Source: Planctomycetota bacterium (GTDB lineage Bacteria; Planctomycetota; UBA11346). From it: 64,000 nt of DNA. This document shows, one piece after another, positions 1 to 8,952 of this stretch. Location: positions 16,907-80,906 of the forward strand of contig JANPLC010000168.1 of NCBI GenBank assembly GCA_031426335.1. Direction: 5' to 3'. Numbering within the stretch: position 1 is the first letter of the stretch; every line of letters begins with the position of its first letter. The position numbers and the translations under genes are program-made. Below the pieces are notes generated by a model. The model saw only the letters and a program-made list of their open reading frames with translations, was not told the DNA's origin and did not search any database.

Positions 1-426
1 GCGCTGGCGAGTTATTGCGCGCTCGCGGATGAACTCGACCTCGACGCGCTGCACCACCGCTGGTGGTCGCTCGGCCGGCCCCTGTGGCTGCCGCGCGTCA
101 GCGGTCCGGGCACACTCACCTGGCATCCCGTGCGCGGACCCGACCTGACCGTCATCGGCAGCTACGGCATCCGCGAACCAGACCCCGTGCGCACACCGGC
201 GGCAGCTCTGCCAGCGGACGCCACCGTGCTGGTCCCAGGCGTCGGCTTCACCCGCACCGGCCAGCGCCTCGGCCAAGGCCAAGGTTTCTACGACCGCGTG
301 CTCGCCGAACATCGCGGCCACACCATCGGCATCGCCTTCCTCTGCCAGGTGGTAGAGAGCCTGCCGAGCGAACCCCACGACCAACGGGTGACGGTGGTCG
401 CAGCAGGTGGCGACCTGCTGCGCTAA
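1..426 (+). CDS. 5-formyltetrahydrofolate cyclo-ligase, C-terminal part (5' end outside window)
   Basis: Frame open from base 1 to TAA at 424-426; motif VPGVGFTRTGQRLGQGQGFYDR is typical of the MTHFS family. Confidence 0.75.
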   Translation, partial: ALASYCALADELDLDALHHRWWSLGRPLWLPRVSGPGTLTWHPVRGPDLTVIGSYGIREPDPVRTPAAALPADATVLVPGVGFTRTGQRLGQGQGFYDRVLAEHRGHTIGIAFLCQVVESLPSEPHDQRVTVVAAGGDLLR

Positions 427-528
427 ACGCCGTTTTGCGAAAAATCTGCAGCCAGCAATTCATCCCGCCCTGCGCCTTGACCGTCCACCCTGCCATTCTA
501 GCCTTCGCACCCCTGCAAAGGACCATAC

Positions 529-620
529 GGAGACTTGGGAGAGTGGTTTAATCCAGGACATTGCTAATGTCCCGAGCGAGTAAAATCGCTCCGGCGGTTC
601 GAATCCGCCAGTCTCCGCCA
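529..620 (+). tRNA. tRNA-Ser (anticodon GCU), encoded CCA end
   Basis: Cloverleaf read by eye: acceptor GGAGACU/AGUCUCC, anticodon arm GGACA-UUGCUAA-UGUCC, long variable arm CGAGCGAGUAAAAUCGCUCCG, T arm GGCGG-UUCGAAU-CCGCC, discriminator G, CCA. Confidence 0.9.
559..620 (+). repeat. attL: 62-bp core, from the anticodon stem to the 3' end of tRNA-Ser
   Basis: Base-for-base identical to 39953-40014; flanking bases differ on both sides. Confidence 0.9.
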
Positions 621-681
621 TTCAGCTGCTGCAGCACTGCTTACGCCACCACCCGGTGGCGTAAGTCGTTTTCAGCGGCAG

Positions 682-1776
682 TTATTTTCTGGGGGCAGCT
701 GGGGGCATTCCTGGGGGCAGCAGTTTGAGATCGTTTCTGAGCTGCTCCTGGCCGGCGTGGACGTAGTTGTCGTCGATCACTTCGGGAGTCAGGTGGCCGC
801 TGAATTTTGAGATCTCTTCGAGCGTCATGCCGTTGCGGCGCATGGTGGTCAGCGCGTAGTCTTTGAGGCGGCTGATGCCGTCGAGCTTGCCCAGCTCGAG
901 GTGCTCGCCGATGTGTTTCTGGTACCACCACGAAAGCTGGCCGGCCTCGCCGGCAGCGGTGAGTTTCCACCCGGCGCGACGGTTGTTCAGGAAGAGTGGC
1001 GCGGTGAGTTTCTTTTCCCTCCCTTCGGCAAGCAGTGCAAAGTACTTCAGCGTGTCATCGCGCAGCGGGTGTTCCCATTCGCCGCTGCGCTTGGCAGATA
1101 GGCGAAGTGTGCTGCGGCTGAAGTTCACCTGGCCAAGGGTCAGCTTGCAGGCCGTCGACGGGCGCGCGCCGTAGGTGCTGAGGTAATGCATCAGCGCCAC
1201 CAGGTGCGTCGCGAATCCGCTCCAGCTGACAGTGGGCCTTCCGCGTTCACCACTGGTTGCTCTGAAGCCGGCCGCGGCTTCGGTGATCAGCTTCACTTGG
1301 AGGGGTGTGAGCAGCTCGGTCTCTTTCACTTTGCGTTGCTGGCGTGGTGCCTTGTAGGTGAGCACCTTCGCGCTGACGTCGACGTCGCGAGCCTGGAAGG
1401 CCCAACGCAGCAGCGACAACACCTGCGCCAGCGGCCGACGGACACCGACCCCCTTCGTGTCTTTCCACCAGCGATCGATCTCGCTGCGCGTGATGTCCTG
1501 GGCCTCGTTCCATTTCCGGCTGAGGAACAACGATGGCAGACGTTGGCGAAGATCGGCGGCGTAGGTCTTTTGGATGCGGTTATCTGCCACGCACGATTCG
1601 CAGAAGTCATCCACCAGATCGGTCAGCTTGTGCTTCGGCTTTTCGTGGTGTCCGTTGGTGATCGCCCAGGCCTCGGCCGCTTCCTTGGTGGAGAGCGTCG
1701 GACCCTTCTCCTTCTTGCCGTCCTTGCCGCGCCAGACTGCGCGGTGGCCGTTGTTGCAGGGTTCGATCCAGGCCAT
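682..1776 (-). CDS. int: Tyrosine recombinase / phage integrase
   Basis: 364 aa adjacent to attL; C-terminal catalytic-type region (GARPSTACKLTLGQV ... HLTPEVIDDNYVH with terminal Tyr). Confidence 0.85.
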   Translation of the reverse strand: MAWIEPCNNGHRAVWRGKDGKKEKGPTLSTKEAAEAWAITNGHHEKPKHKLTDLVDDFCESCVADNRIQKTYAADLRQRLPSLFLSRKWNEAQDITRSEIDRWWKDTKGVGVRRPLAQVLSLLRWAFQARDVDVSAKVLTYKAPRQQRKVKETELLTPLQVKLITEAAAGFRATSGERGRPTVSWSGFATHLVALMHYLSTYGARPSTACKLTLGQVNFSRSTLRLSAKRSGEWEHPLRDDTLKYFALLAEGREKKLTAPLFLNNRRAGWKLTAAGEAGQLSWWYQKHIGEHLELGKLDGISRLKDYALTTMRRNGMTLEEISKFSGHLTPEVIDDNYVHAGQEQLRNDLKLLPPGMPPAAPRK

Positions 1777-2784
1777 TCAGTCGTCTGCCTTCGTAACTGG
1801 CGGAGTCAGATGGGTCTCTGGTGATTTACTGGCGACCAGGACCCAGATGAAGGCAGCGAGCCATCCGAGGCCTGCGATCGAGGTGGTGATGATCACGATC
1901 AGGAAGTCGACCAATCCCAGGTGAAAGGCCGCGGAGCTAATGATGCTGGATACGATGGTGATGCCACAGATCAGGCCGATGTCGCCCTGCTTGTAAAAGT
2001 CCCGGCGCATGGCGACTAGGATCGGTACGAGCCAGAGCAGGACCAGGGCGACCAGGATGCCAATGATCACCAGTCCCCTGACCACTTCCTCTTGGCGTAC
2101 CCGCGAAGCGCGTGAGGCGGCGGCTTCGGCGGCTTGCCGGCGCTGGATCTCGGCGAGGCGATCTTTCGCCTGGTGCGCTTCCAGGCCCTGAACGAATTGA
2201 CGGTGCTGCTCTGCCGCCGCCGCGCTCCGCTGGCGATCGAGCTCAGCAGCCTCGGCGGCGAGCTGCGCGTCGAGTTGCTGATCCGCCACCGCTTTCGCCT
2301 TTCTTTGCCGCTCGGCTTCGTCGGCCTCATGGAGTGCGGCGGCGACTGCCGCGCGACGTTCGGCGTCAGCGCCTTCCAATTTGATCTGACGGATGCGGTT
2401 ATTCAGTTCGAGCTGACGCTGCACAGTCTCCGCGGCATCTGCAGCCTGTTTTTCGCGGGCGGCTTTCTGTCGTGCGACCTGTTCCTCCAGTTCATGTTGC
2501 GCCTCGATCTTGGCTTTTTCCGCAGCCACTTCCTGATCAAGCAGCTTCCTCGCTTCGGCAACAAAATCGCGCTCAGGCGGCTTCGCTGCGAGCGGTTCGC
2601 GATGGACGATATCGTCAGCCTTCAGCTTCACTGTGGCCTTGGCATTGCCGGTGGTGATCTCAATGGTGCCAGCGTCTTCATTGTACAGCCCGATGAAGGT
2701 GCGACCGTCTTTCAGTTTGATGTATTCCATCTCGGCTGCGCCAAGAAATGAACTCAGCGCCAGCAATAAAAACAACGCACGCAT
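1777..2784 (-). CDS. Secreted coiled-coil membrane protein with a superinfection-immunity-like C-terminal TM domain
   Basis: Signal peptide MRALFLLLALSSFLGAAE; ~180 aa A/E/Q/R-rich coiled coil; 3 TM helices with LVPILVAMRRD...GLGWLAAFIWVL resembling the Imm_superinfect motif; located between cI and int on the same strand. Confidence 0.6.
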   Translation of the reverse strand: MRALFLLLALSSFLGAAEMEYIKLKDGRTFIGLYNEDAGTIEITTGNAKATVKLKADDIVHREPLAAKPPERDFVAEARKLLDQEVAAEKAKIEAQHELEEQVARQKAAREKQAADAAETVQRQLELNNRIRQIKLEGADAERRAAVAAALHEADEAERQRKAKAVADQQLDAQLAAEAAELDRQRSAAAAEQHRQFVQGLEAHQAKDRLAEIQRRQAAEAAASRASRVRQEEVVRGLVIIGILVALVLLWLVPILVAMRRDFYKQGDIGLICGITIVSSIISSAAFHLGLVDFLIVIITTSIAGLGWLAAFIWVLVASKSPETHLTPPVTKADD

Positions 2785-2795
2785 TGGTCACCTCG

Positions 2796-3638
2796 TTAAG
2801 GGTGCACAGTAACAACCACCGTTTTCGCGTGCCAGCGTTTTTCCCGCGGACGTCGGGGGTCTTGGTACAACACGCCAACCACCGGCACGATCATCATGAT
2901 GCGATCGGCGGGCACGTAGGGCGAGCTGCGGCCGCTGTCGATCGAGGCGAGTACGAATCCGTCAGGCGCGCGCTTGTCCATGCAAAAGCGTTTGAGGTAC
3001 GCGCGGCGACCGCTAGTTGCCTTGCCGAGATCCGGCGGCTCATCGGTTTCGATCAAGACGATGTTGTCGTGGAGATCGATCAGTTGTTTCTCGCCCCAAT
3101 CGCTGGAGTCGGGCCGCGCCGCGCGATCGGTATCGATCAGCACGATCTGGTCGGGATAGACCACGGGATACGCACTGTTGCCTTTGACCTGCAGCGCTTG
3201 CCACGAGTCGGGAATCATCAGCGGAATGCCGTCCGCATGTTCCAGCGCGCTGCGATCGCTGAGCTGTCCGTCGCCGGCGATCACGGTGCCGACGACGTGG
3301 ATGCCGTGGCCCACCTCGCTGCCACCACCGCCTGAGTTTTCGACGTTTTCGCCAACGCGGAGCGGTGCCGTCCTGGGTGCGTAATAGGACCACCACGTGG
3401 GGGCTCGATCATGGTCCCCGAAGTTCAGCCATTGCTGGTCAATCTGCAGAATTCGGGCGATTGCCTCGCGATGCACGTGGCCTGGACGTTCGCCTGACCG
3501 GATCTGGCTGAACGCCTGTTTGCTGATGCCGAGCTGCTCCGCGACCTGGATGTCGTCCAGGCCAGAGCGGTCGATGGCGCGGCTCAATCGCTCTAGAAAC
3601 TCGGCTTTTTCCAGGGATTCGTTCACGGCTAGCATCAT
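2796..3638 (-). CDS. CI-like repressor (XRE HTH + LexA/S24 peptidase-like C-domain)
   Basis: N-terminal HTH (DIQVAEQLGISKQAFSQIRSG); C-terminal VKGNSAYP...AYLKRF Ser/Lys pattern; divergent from a Cro-like gene. Confidence 0.8.
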   Translation of the reverse strand: MMLAVNESLEKAEFLERLSRAIDRSGLDDIQVAEQLGISKQAFSQIRSGERPGHVHREAIARILQIDQQWLNFGDHDRAPTWWSYYAPRTAPLRVGENVENSGGGGSEVGHGIHVVGTVIAGDGQLSDRSALEHADGIPLMIPDSWQALQVKGNSAYPVVYPDQIVLIDTDRAARPDSSDWGEKQLIDLHDNIVLIETDEPPDLGKATSGRRAYLKRFCMDKRAPDGFVLASIDSGRSSPYVPADRIMMIVPVVGVLYQDPRRPREKRWHAKTVVVTVHP

Positions 3639-3663
3639 GCTTTACCCGCGCTTGTCCTGGTGC

Positions 3664-3689
3664 TTGACTTCTGTTTTACCGTGCTCTAA
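3664..3689 (+). promoter_or_regulatory. Candidate early (PR-like) promoter in the CI/Cro intergenic region
   Basis: TTGACT, 17-nt spacer, TAAATG directly upstream of the cro-like ORF; GCTTGACT (3662-3669) is mirrored by AGTCAAGC (3702-3709). Confidence 0.35.
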
Positions 3690-3974
3690 ATGTCCAGCAT
3701 GAGTCAAGCAGAGACCCTGAAAGAGCTGCTCCGCCGCAAGGGGAAGAACCAGAGCGACGCTGGCCTGCACCACGCCTACGTGTCGCAGATCTCCACCGGC
3801 GTCCGCCGTGCCGGCACCGAAGCGATCGCCCGCATGGCCACCGCCCTCGGCTGCACCACCGACGAAGTCTGCGCCGCCTGCGACGAATCGTTCCGCCGCT
3901 CGAACCAGAGCGATCTAGCTGCTGTCCCCTCCGCTTCCGCACCGTCTGTCACCGCCGCTCCCACGGAGGCCTAG
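3690..3974 (+). CDS. Cro-like HTH regulator
   Basis: 94 aa, HTH-like (SDAGLHHAYVSQISTGVR), divergent from the CI-like gene. Confidence 0.65.
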   Translation: MSSMSQAETLKELLRRKGKNQSDAGLHHAYVSQISTGVRRAGTEAIARMATALGCTTDEVCAACDESFRRSNQSDLAAVPSASAPSVTAAPTEA

Positions 3975-3977
3975 GCC

Positions 3978-4277
3978 ATGGAGATCGAGTACGTCGAGTT
4001 GCGTTTGAAGGCTGCTCGCGCCAAGGCTCGTGCACACGAAGCGCTGGCCGAGATGCACGCCGCGCTGAGCGATGCCGCCTTGCTGGAGGATGGCGTCACC
4101 GTGCCGATCCAGTTGTCGACGGCACGGGTTCACAACAGCCAGGCGCAGTCGGAGATCGTCGCCGTGCGCTTCGTCAGGATGTCCGAGGTCGACGCCTGGC
4201 AGCGAGTGTTCGACCGTGAGATGTGCCGCATCGCTTCGCTCATCGCGTCTGTCACCGCCGCTCCAACGGAGGCCTAG
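3978..4277 (+). CDS. Hypothetical early protein
   Basis: ORF directly following cro; ends with the same SVTAAPTEA-stop-ATG junction as the upstream gene. Confidence 0.5.
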   Translation: MEIEYVELRLKAARAKARAHEALAEMHAALSDAALLEDGVTVPIQLSTARVHNSQAQSEIVAVRFVRMSEVDAWQRVFDREMCRIASLIASVTAAPTEA

Positions 4278-4280
4278 GCC

Positions 4281-4568
4281 ATGTCCGCCGCCACGCTGAT
4301 CCGCTCGCCCGCTGACTGCATCAACGCAGTGCTCGCCAACATGGAAATGGAGGCGCAGTTCACCGAGCGCTACATCAAGTCGACCAAGCGTCACGCGGAC
4401 GAAGCGATGAGCGCGCGCAAGTCCTCGCTCGCCAGCGAATACGACATCATCGTCAACGCTCAGCAGGCGCTGCTGCGACAGAATCGCGAGCAGCAGCAGC
4501 TGATCCGAACCGAGTGCGCTGCGTTCCTGGCCGTTCATGCCGAGATGGTACTGGCAGGTGGCGCGTGA
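4281..4568 (+). CDS. Hypothetical early protein
   Basis: ORF in the early operon; start 3 nt after the previous stop. Confidence 0.5.
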   Translation: MSAATLIRSPADCINAVLANMEMEAQFTERYIKSTKRHADEAMSARKSSLASEYDIIVNAQQALLRQNREQQQLIRTECAAFLAVHAEMVLAGGA

Positions 4569-5050
4569 CCGGCTCAAAGACTTCCCCAGCCGATTTGAGC
4601 GGGGTCGAGATGGCCCTCGCTCGGGCGATCGTCCACGAGACCAAGCAGAACGAGCGCGCGGTGATCGTCGGGCTAACGACGGGCGCGCAGTTGAGCCGCC
4701 GCGAGTCGCGCCTCGCCACGGGTGAGTCCGACACCTACGTCGAGGCCTACCTGGCGCACCACTTCCTGCGCCTGGCGCAGGCGGTGCCTGGACTGCGCGA
4801 TGCGGTGCTCGCGTTTTTGAACGGTACCGAACCGATGGGTGACGATCAGCGCTGCGAGCGCAACCTGAGTGCCTTCGGCCAGGCCGCCGCGCGTGAGCTG
4901 GCAGACATCATGCAGGACGCTGGTGATGGCATCGACCGCATCGAGGCGGCGAAGCACCGCACGGCGCTGCTGCAGCTGAAGGAACTGATCGGCACATCGA
5001 TCGTCGATCTGGATCGCCGCGCAAACGGCGGGAAGCGGGGCACCCGATGA
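4565..5050 (+). CDS. Hypothetical early protein (GTG start overlapping the upstream stop)
   Basis: GTGA start/stop overlap at 4565-4568, in frame with track ORF 4514..5050. Confidence 0.5.
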   Translation: MTGSKTSPADLSGVEMALARAIVHETKQNERAVIVGLTTGAQLSRRESRLATGESDTYVEAYLAHHFLRLAQAVPGLRDAVLAFLNGTEPMGDDQRCERNLSAFGQAAARELADIMQDAGDGIDRIEAAKHRTALLQLKELIGTSIVDLDRRANGGKRGTR

Positions 5051-5349
5051 TCACCACGGAACGCCACCCACTGGTGGCCCGCATGGCGCAGGCGCAGCTC
5101 GATCAGCGCAGCGACACTGAGAAGGCCGCTGACGTGTTGATCCATGCGCAGGAAGCGTTCGTGCGTCGGCGCGTGCTCGCCGCTAGTCATGCGCGTGGCC
5201 GCTCGCTGCTCGCCTGGGCAAGTGAGCAGGGCCATGCACGCGCGCTGTGCTTCACCGAGCTCGCCGCGGCGATCGCCAACGATGAACCGATCGCGCTGCT
5301 GCTGATGGCATGCTGGGCCGATCACCCCGAGTGCCAGGTGGTCGCGTGA
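5047..5349 (+). CDS. Hypothetical early protein
   Basis: ATGA overlap with the upstream gene. Confidence 0.5.
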   Translation: MITTERHPLVARMAQAQLDQRSDTEKAADVLIHAQEAFVRRRVLAASHARGRSLLAWASEQGHARALCFTELAAAIANDEPIALLLMACWADHPECQVVA

Positions 5350-5633
5350 ATTGCGCTCGCCCGCACACCGATCAGACGCAGCACGACGGCGAGACGCCGC
5401 GCAGCATGGCGGAGAAACTCCGCGCGATCGGCTACGAAGAGCCGGTGCTGCTGCCGCCACGTCTCTCGCCGGCGGAAGAAATGAACCGCGCGCTGCGTGC
5501 GGTTGACCGGCCCTGCAACGACTGCCCGTGTGACGACTGCCCGTGCGATGGCATGGGTGCGCTTACGGCTGCGTTTCTGCTCGCGATCGGTGCCGTGGTC
5601 GGCATCGCGCTCACCCTGTTTGCGAAAGGCTAG
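5346..5633 (+). CDS. Hypothetical Cys-rich protein with a C-terminal TM helix
   Basis: GTGA overlap at 5346; CNDCPCDDCPCD motif followed by hydrophobic ALTAAFLLAIGAVVGIALTLF. Confidence 0.45.
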   Translation: MNCARPHTDQTQHDGETPRSMAEKLRAIGYEEPVLLPPRLSPAEEMNRALRAVDRPCNDCPCDDCPCDGMGALTAAFLLAIGAVVGIALTLFAKG

Positions 5634-5636
5634 CCC

Positions 5637-6398
5637 GTGCCCTACTGCACTGAGTCCATCATCACCACGTTGTCGCTGCACCGCTGCCTGGCGACGCCGA
5701 CGTTGATCGCGATCGAGATCCACCACGGCTACGACCGGCAGGAGGTCCTCGCCGCGTTGGAGTGGTTGATCGTCGAGAAGCGTGTGGGCGTGGTCGGCGA
5801 TTCGCTGCACCTGCTGAAGGAGCCGGTCGAAGAGATCCCGGCGAATTACTTGGCCGCGGCCGACCAGTACCGCCGCGCGCACCACCCGACGTGGCGTGAT
5901 CGCGTGGTGATGGCATTCGCCAACGGCTGGGCGCGGGTGCTGGGATTTTTCGATGGCATCCGCGATCGCATCATGGGCGGCCTGGTGCTGCTGATCGTCA
6001 CTACGTTCCTGACGCTGGGCCTGTGCAACTTTGGCCTGAGCGCGGAGGTCGTCCCTGACCGCATCGTCGCGGCGCTGGTGCAGGTCGAATCCGGCTGCCA
6101 GTGGCATGGCGTGGGCGACGTGCGCGGCACACGGTCGCACGGAGACGCCGGTGAGGTCAGCGCGTTCCAGCTGTCGCCGATCGCGCTGACAGCGATGGGT
6201 GCTGCCGATCGCGTGGCGCGCATCCATCGTGATCCGGTGTTGGCGGAAAGCTTCGCGCGGCTGTGGCTGGCGCGCTGCTTCGCGCAGGCCGGAACGTGGG
6301 AAGGCGCACTCGCCCGGTACAACGCCGGATCGCGACACCGATCGCGAACGGCGCGCGATTACGCGGCCCGCGTGCTGAACTTGGCTGCGGTTCTTTGA
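5637..6398 (+). CDS. Lytic transglycosylase (SLT domain) with an internal TM/SAR-like segment
   Basis: VQVESGC catalytic-Glu context, EVSAFQLSP and ALARYNAG motifs; hydrophobic GGLVLLIVTTFLTLGLCNFGL precedes the domain. Confidence 0.7.
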   Translation: MPYCTESIITTLSLHRCLATPTLIAIEIHHGYDRQEVLAALEWLIVEKRVGVVGDSLHLLKEPVEEIPANYLAAADQYRRAHHPTWRDRVVMAFANGWARVLGFFDGIRDRIMGGLVLLIVTTFLTLGLCNFGLSAEVVPDRIVAALVQVESGCQWHGVGDVRGTRSHGDAGEVSAFQLSPIALTAMGAADRVARIHRDPVLAESFARLWLARCFAQAGTWEGALARYNAGSRHRSRTARDYAARVLNLAAVL

Positions 6399-6547
6399 TC
6401 TCTGGGACTGATCACCCAGGCGTTCGGTCGCGGAACGTAAAAGCGCGCGAACGACAGCCGGGAAAGACCGGCACCTCTTCTCGCCGCGCCGCCGAAAACC
6501 TACAGCGCCAACCGCTGAACCGACGACGCACACCATAGGGAGCAGCC

Positions 6548-7174
6548 ATGTCGGCCACGCTCGTCACTAACCCACTCCACCACCTGACCACGCTGAGCGA
6601 CAGCATGCTGAACGCGACTGACCGCCGACCGCTGAAGACGCCATCGGGCTACACGCTGACAGTGCCGCTGCTGTCGGTCCAGGGCGGCCCGCCGGTGAAG
6701 GTGTCGCCGGTGCGCACCAGCTCGCTGATGCGACAGATCAATCTGCACCTGAACCGCGGTGTGCCGGTGCGCCTGCCGTTCGGTGATAACGTGCTGCGCT
6801 TCTACGCGCACTCGCTGACCAAGGCCACGCTGGGCGCGTTGAAGCGGCTGCGCGATTACCACCTGCGTCACCCGTCCGAAGAGTTCGCGCACCTGCGCGA
6901 CTTCGGTGGGCCATCGAATGGCAACTGGGCGCGCACGCGCTGGTGGGGCCTGACCGAACCGAAACCGCTCGACGACCAGGGCAACCAGGTGCGCGGCTGG
7001 TGGAAGCTGACCGGCGCCGGCCTGCAATGGCTGCGTGGTGAGATCACCGTCCCGCGCCATCCGGTGTTGTTCGATGGCGTGTTCGTCGGCTGGCAAGACG
7101 TCAAGGACCGCATCCGTCCGACGGATGTGGACGAAGCGTTCACGCTCGACGCGCTGATGGGACGGACTGCATGA
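6548..7174 (+). CDS. Hypothetical protein
   Basis: 208-aa ORF with an RBS-like GGGAG upstream; no motif recognised. Confidence 0.5.
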   Translation: MSATLVTNPLHHLTTLSDSMLNATDRRPLKTPSGYTLTVPLLSVQGGPPVKVSPVRTSSLMRQINLHLNRGVPVRLPFGDNVLRFYAHSLTKATLGALKRLRDYHLRHPSEEFAHLRDFGGPSNGNWARTRWWGLTEPKPLDDQGNQVRGWWKLTGAGLQWLRGEITVPRHPVLFDGVFVGWQDVKDRIRPTDVDEAFTLDALMGRTA

Positions 7175-7344
7175 GCACGTTGCACCTGGCACTGGACGTC
7201 GGTCGCGCCTCACGGCTGCGCAGCTTGCGTGATCGTCTGCGCACGCTGGTCAACCGTGGCGACTGGGAAGGCGCCAGTCGCTGCGCGGATCTGATCCTGG
7301 AACTGGTCGGGCTGCGGCCGTTCAAATTGGGGGAGCGGGTATGA
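7171..7344 (+). CDS. Small hypothetical protein (57 aa, below the ORF-track cutoff)
   Basis: ATGA overlaps at both ends (7171-7174 and 7341-7344) bridge the two neighbouring genes. Confidence 0.4.
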   Translation: MSTLHLALDVGRASRLRSLRDRLRTLVNRGDWEGASRCADLILELVGLRPFKLGERV

Positions 7345-8411
7345 GCGAGGTACCAGAGGAGACCGTCAGCCTGCTCGATCGCCTGGCTAAGGCGGGCGGC
7401 ATCGTTGGCATGAGCAACAGCGACTGGTGGTGCACGCTGGTGGAGGAGTACGGCGAGGAGATGGTGATCGGCTTCGTCGTCGCGCGTCGCGCTGAGATTC
7501 GTCAGCCGGTGAGCGTCGCAGTGGTATCGAACCTCTGCAAGAAAGAGGCACAGCGAATTCAGGACAAGAAGGACGATGCGGCCGAGGATGCGGCGATGGG
7601 TCGGCAGGTGGCACGTACGCCCGCGCCGACACTGAACCCTGGCGCGCTGCTGTGTCCGTACTGTGCCCAGCCGCACATCCGCGCATCCAGTGAGACCACC
7701 GGATGCTGTGCGGGCGAGCGCGCTGAATGGCGCGTGGCAAATCGCTCAGTGATCAAAACGAAAGCGGCCCCCGCCGCGGCTGAGTCCATATCGGACAAGG
7801 CTACTGAATGCCGGGACGATGGGGTTTCCACTCCCGCGGCGGGGGAAGCGACACCGGAAGCGAAGGCCACGGCGATCAAGAAGCCGTGGGGCCTCACCCC
7901 GCTGTCTGCCGCAATGAAGACCGCAACAACCAACCAGGAGAACAACATGGCCACCGTGAAGCAGCTCGTGAAGAGTGTCGAGGATGAAATCAAACGCCGC
8001 GGCATCACCGCCAAGGCCGCGCACACGGAGATCGGTGTCGCTGGCACGGCGATCTATGCCTGGCGCAAGGGGGAGATGAGTGGCGCCGCGCAGGAGAAGA
8101 TCACCATCTGGTTGCCTGAGTCGGCGAAGAAGCCTGCGGCTGGTGATGAATCACAGGCGGAGACCGTCGCGTTGGAGAGGAAGCCGAAGCGCAAGGTGGA
8201 CGCGACCACGTCGTTGGGCGCGATGACGTTAAGCAGCTCGATGAACAGCTTCGTGATCAAGCCAGTCGATGGCGCTGCTGCCGGCGAACTGCTGACGCAA
8301 GGCGCGAATCTGGCCGACGCCTTACGGTCGCTCGGTGCCAGCGGCTACGCCGATGTCGTGACCGCTCTGGTTGATCGTCTGCGCACTGTGCGCGCTGCCC
8401 TGTCCGCCTAG
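7341..8411 (+). CDS. Hypothetical protein with an HTH-like segment in the C-terminal half
   Basis: 356-aa ORF; segment ITAKAAHTEIGVAGTAIYAWRKG resembles an HTH. Confidence 0.5.
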   Translation: MSEVPEETVSLLDRLAKAGGIVGMSNSDWWCTLVEEYGEEMVIGFVVARRAEIRQPVSVAVVSNLCKKEAQRIQDKKDDAAEDAAMGRQVARTPAPTLNPGALLCPYCAQPHIRASSETTGCCAGERAEWRVANRSVIKTKAAPAAAESISDKATECRDDGVSTPAAGEATPEAKATAIKKPWGLTPLSAAMKTATTNQENNMATVKQLVKSVEDEIKRRGITAKAAHTEIGVAGTAIYAWRKGEMSGAAQEKITIWLPESAKKPAAGDESQAETVALERKPKRKVDATTSLGAMTLSSSMNSFVIKPVDGAAAGELLTQGANLADALRSLGASGYADVVTALVDRLRTVRAALSA

Positions 8412-8435
8412 CCCTTTCCCCTCAACGAGATCTCC

Positions 8436-8897
8436 ATGGCTGTCGCCATCAATCGCGTCCTCATCGGCGGGCATCTGACCCGCGACCCTGAGGTTCGCTT
8501 CCTCAACGCTGGCACCGATCGCAGCAACGCCGTCGCCAACTTCGCGATCGCCATCAACCGTCGCTTCAAGGGCAACGATGGCCAGATGAAGGATGAAGTC
8601 GCCTTTGTCGACATCGAGGCCTGGGGCCGCACGGCCGAGCTGGTCGGTCAGTACCTGACCAAGGGCCGCGCGGTGTTCATCGAAGGCCACCTGAAGCTCG
8701 ACCAGTGGCAGGACAAAGAAGGCAAGAACCGCCAGCGTCTGAAGGTCGTCGCCGAGTCGGTGCAGTTCCTCGACAGCAGCGGCAAGAGCGCGGCCGCCAC
8801 GCCGGCGCCGGTTGAAGGTGTCGGCGCCGATGGTGCTGCCCCTGCCGCCAAGCCAGCGCGCACTACGCCCGCCGGCGACGACGAACCACCGTTCTGA
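8436..8897 (+). CDS. ssb: Single-stranded DNA-binding protein
   Basis: OB-fold N-terminus (NRVLIGGHLTRDPEVRF...VFIEGHLKLDQWQDKEG) and acidic tip DDEPPF. Confidence 0.9.
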   Translation: MAVAINRVLIGGHLTRDPEVRFLNAGTDRSNAVANFAIAINRRFKGNDGQMKDEVAFVDIEAWGRTAELVGQYLTKGRAVFIEGHLKLDQWQDKEGKNRQRLKVVAESVQFLDSSGKSAAATPAPVEGVGADGAAPAAKPARTTPAGDDEPPF

Positions 8898-8952
8898 TCC
8901 ACCCGAGCTACCAGCTCACATCACCTGCGTCCGCAGGAAAGGAATCCGTCTC

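Noticed and set aside
5322-6536. Long antisense ORFs in the track. Examples: 5322..6536(-) at 404 aa, 12167..13273(-), 19287..20645(-) at 452 aa, 25133..26800(-) at 555 aa, 31106..32533(-) at 475 aa, 59181..60473(+).
   Set aside because: They run opposite to genes with clear family motifs. They translate to Arg/Ala/Gly/Pro-rich low-complexity sequence and lack start-site context. This is the usual high-GC shadow-ORF artefact.
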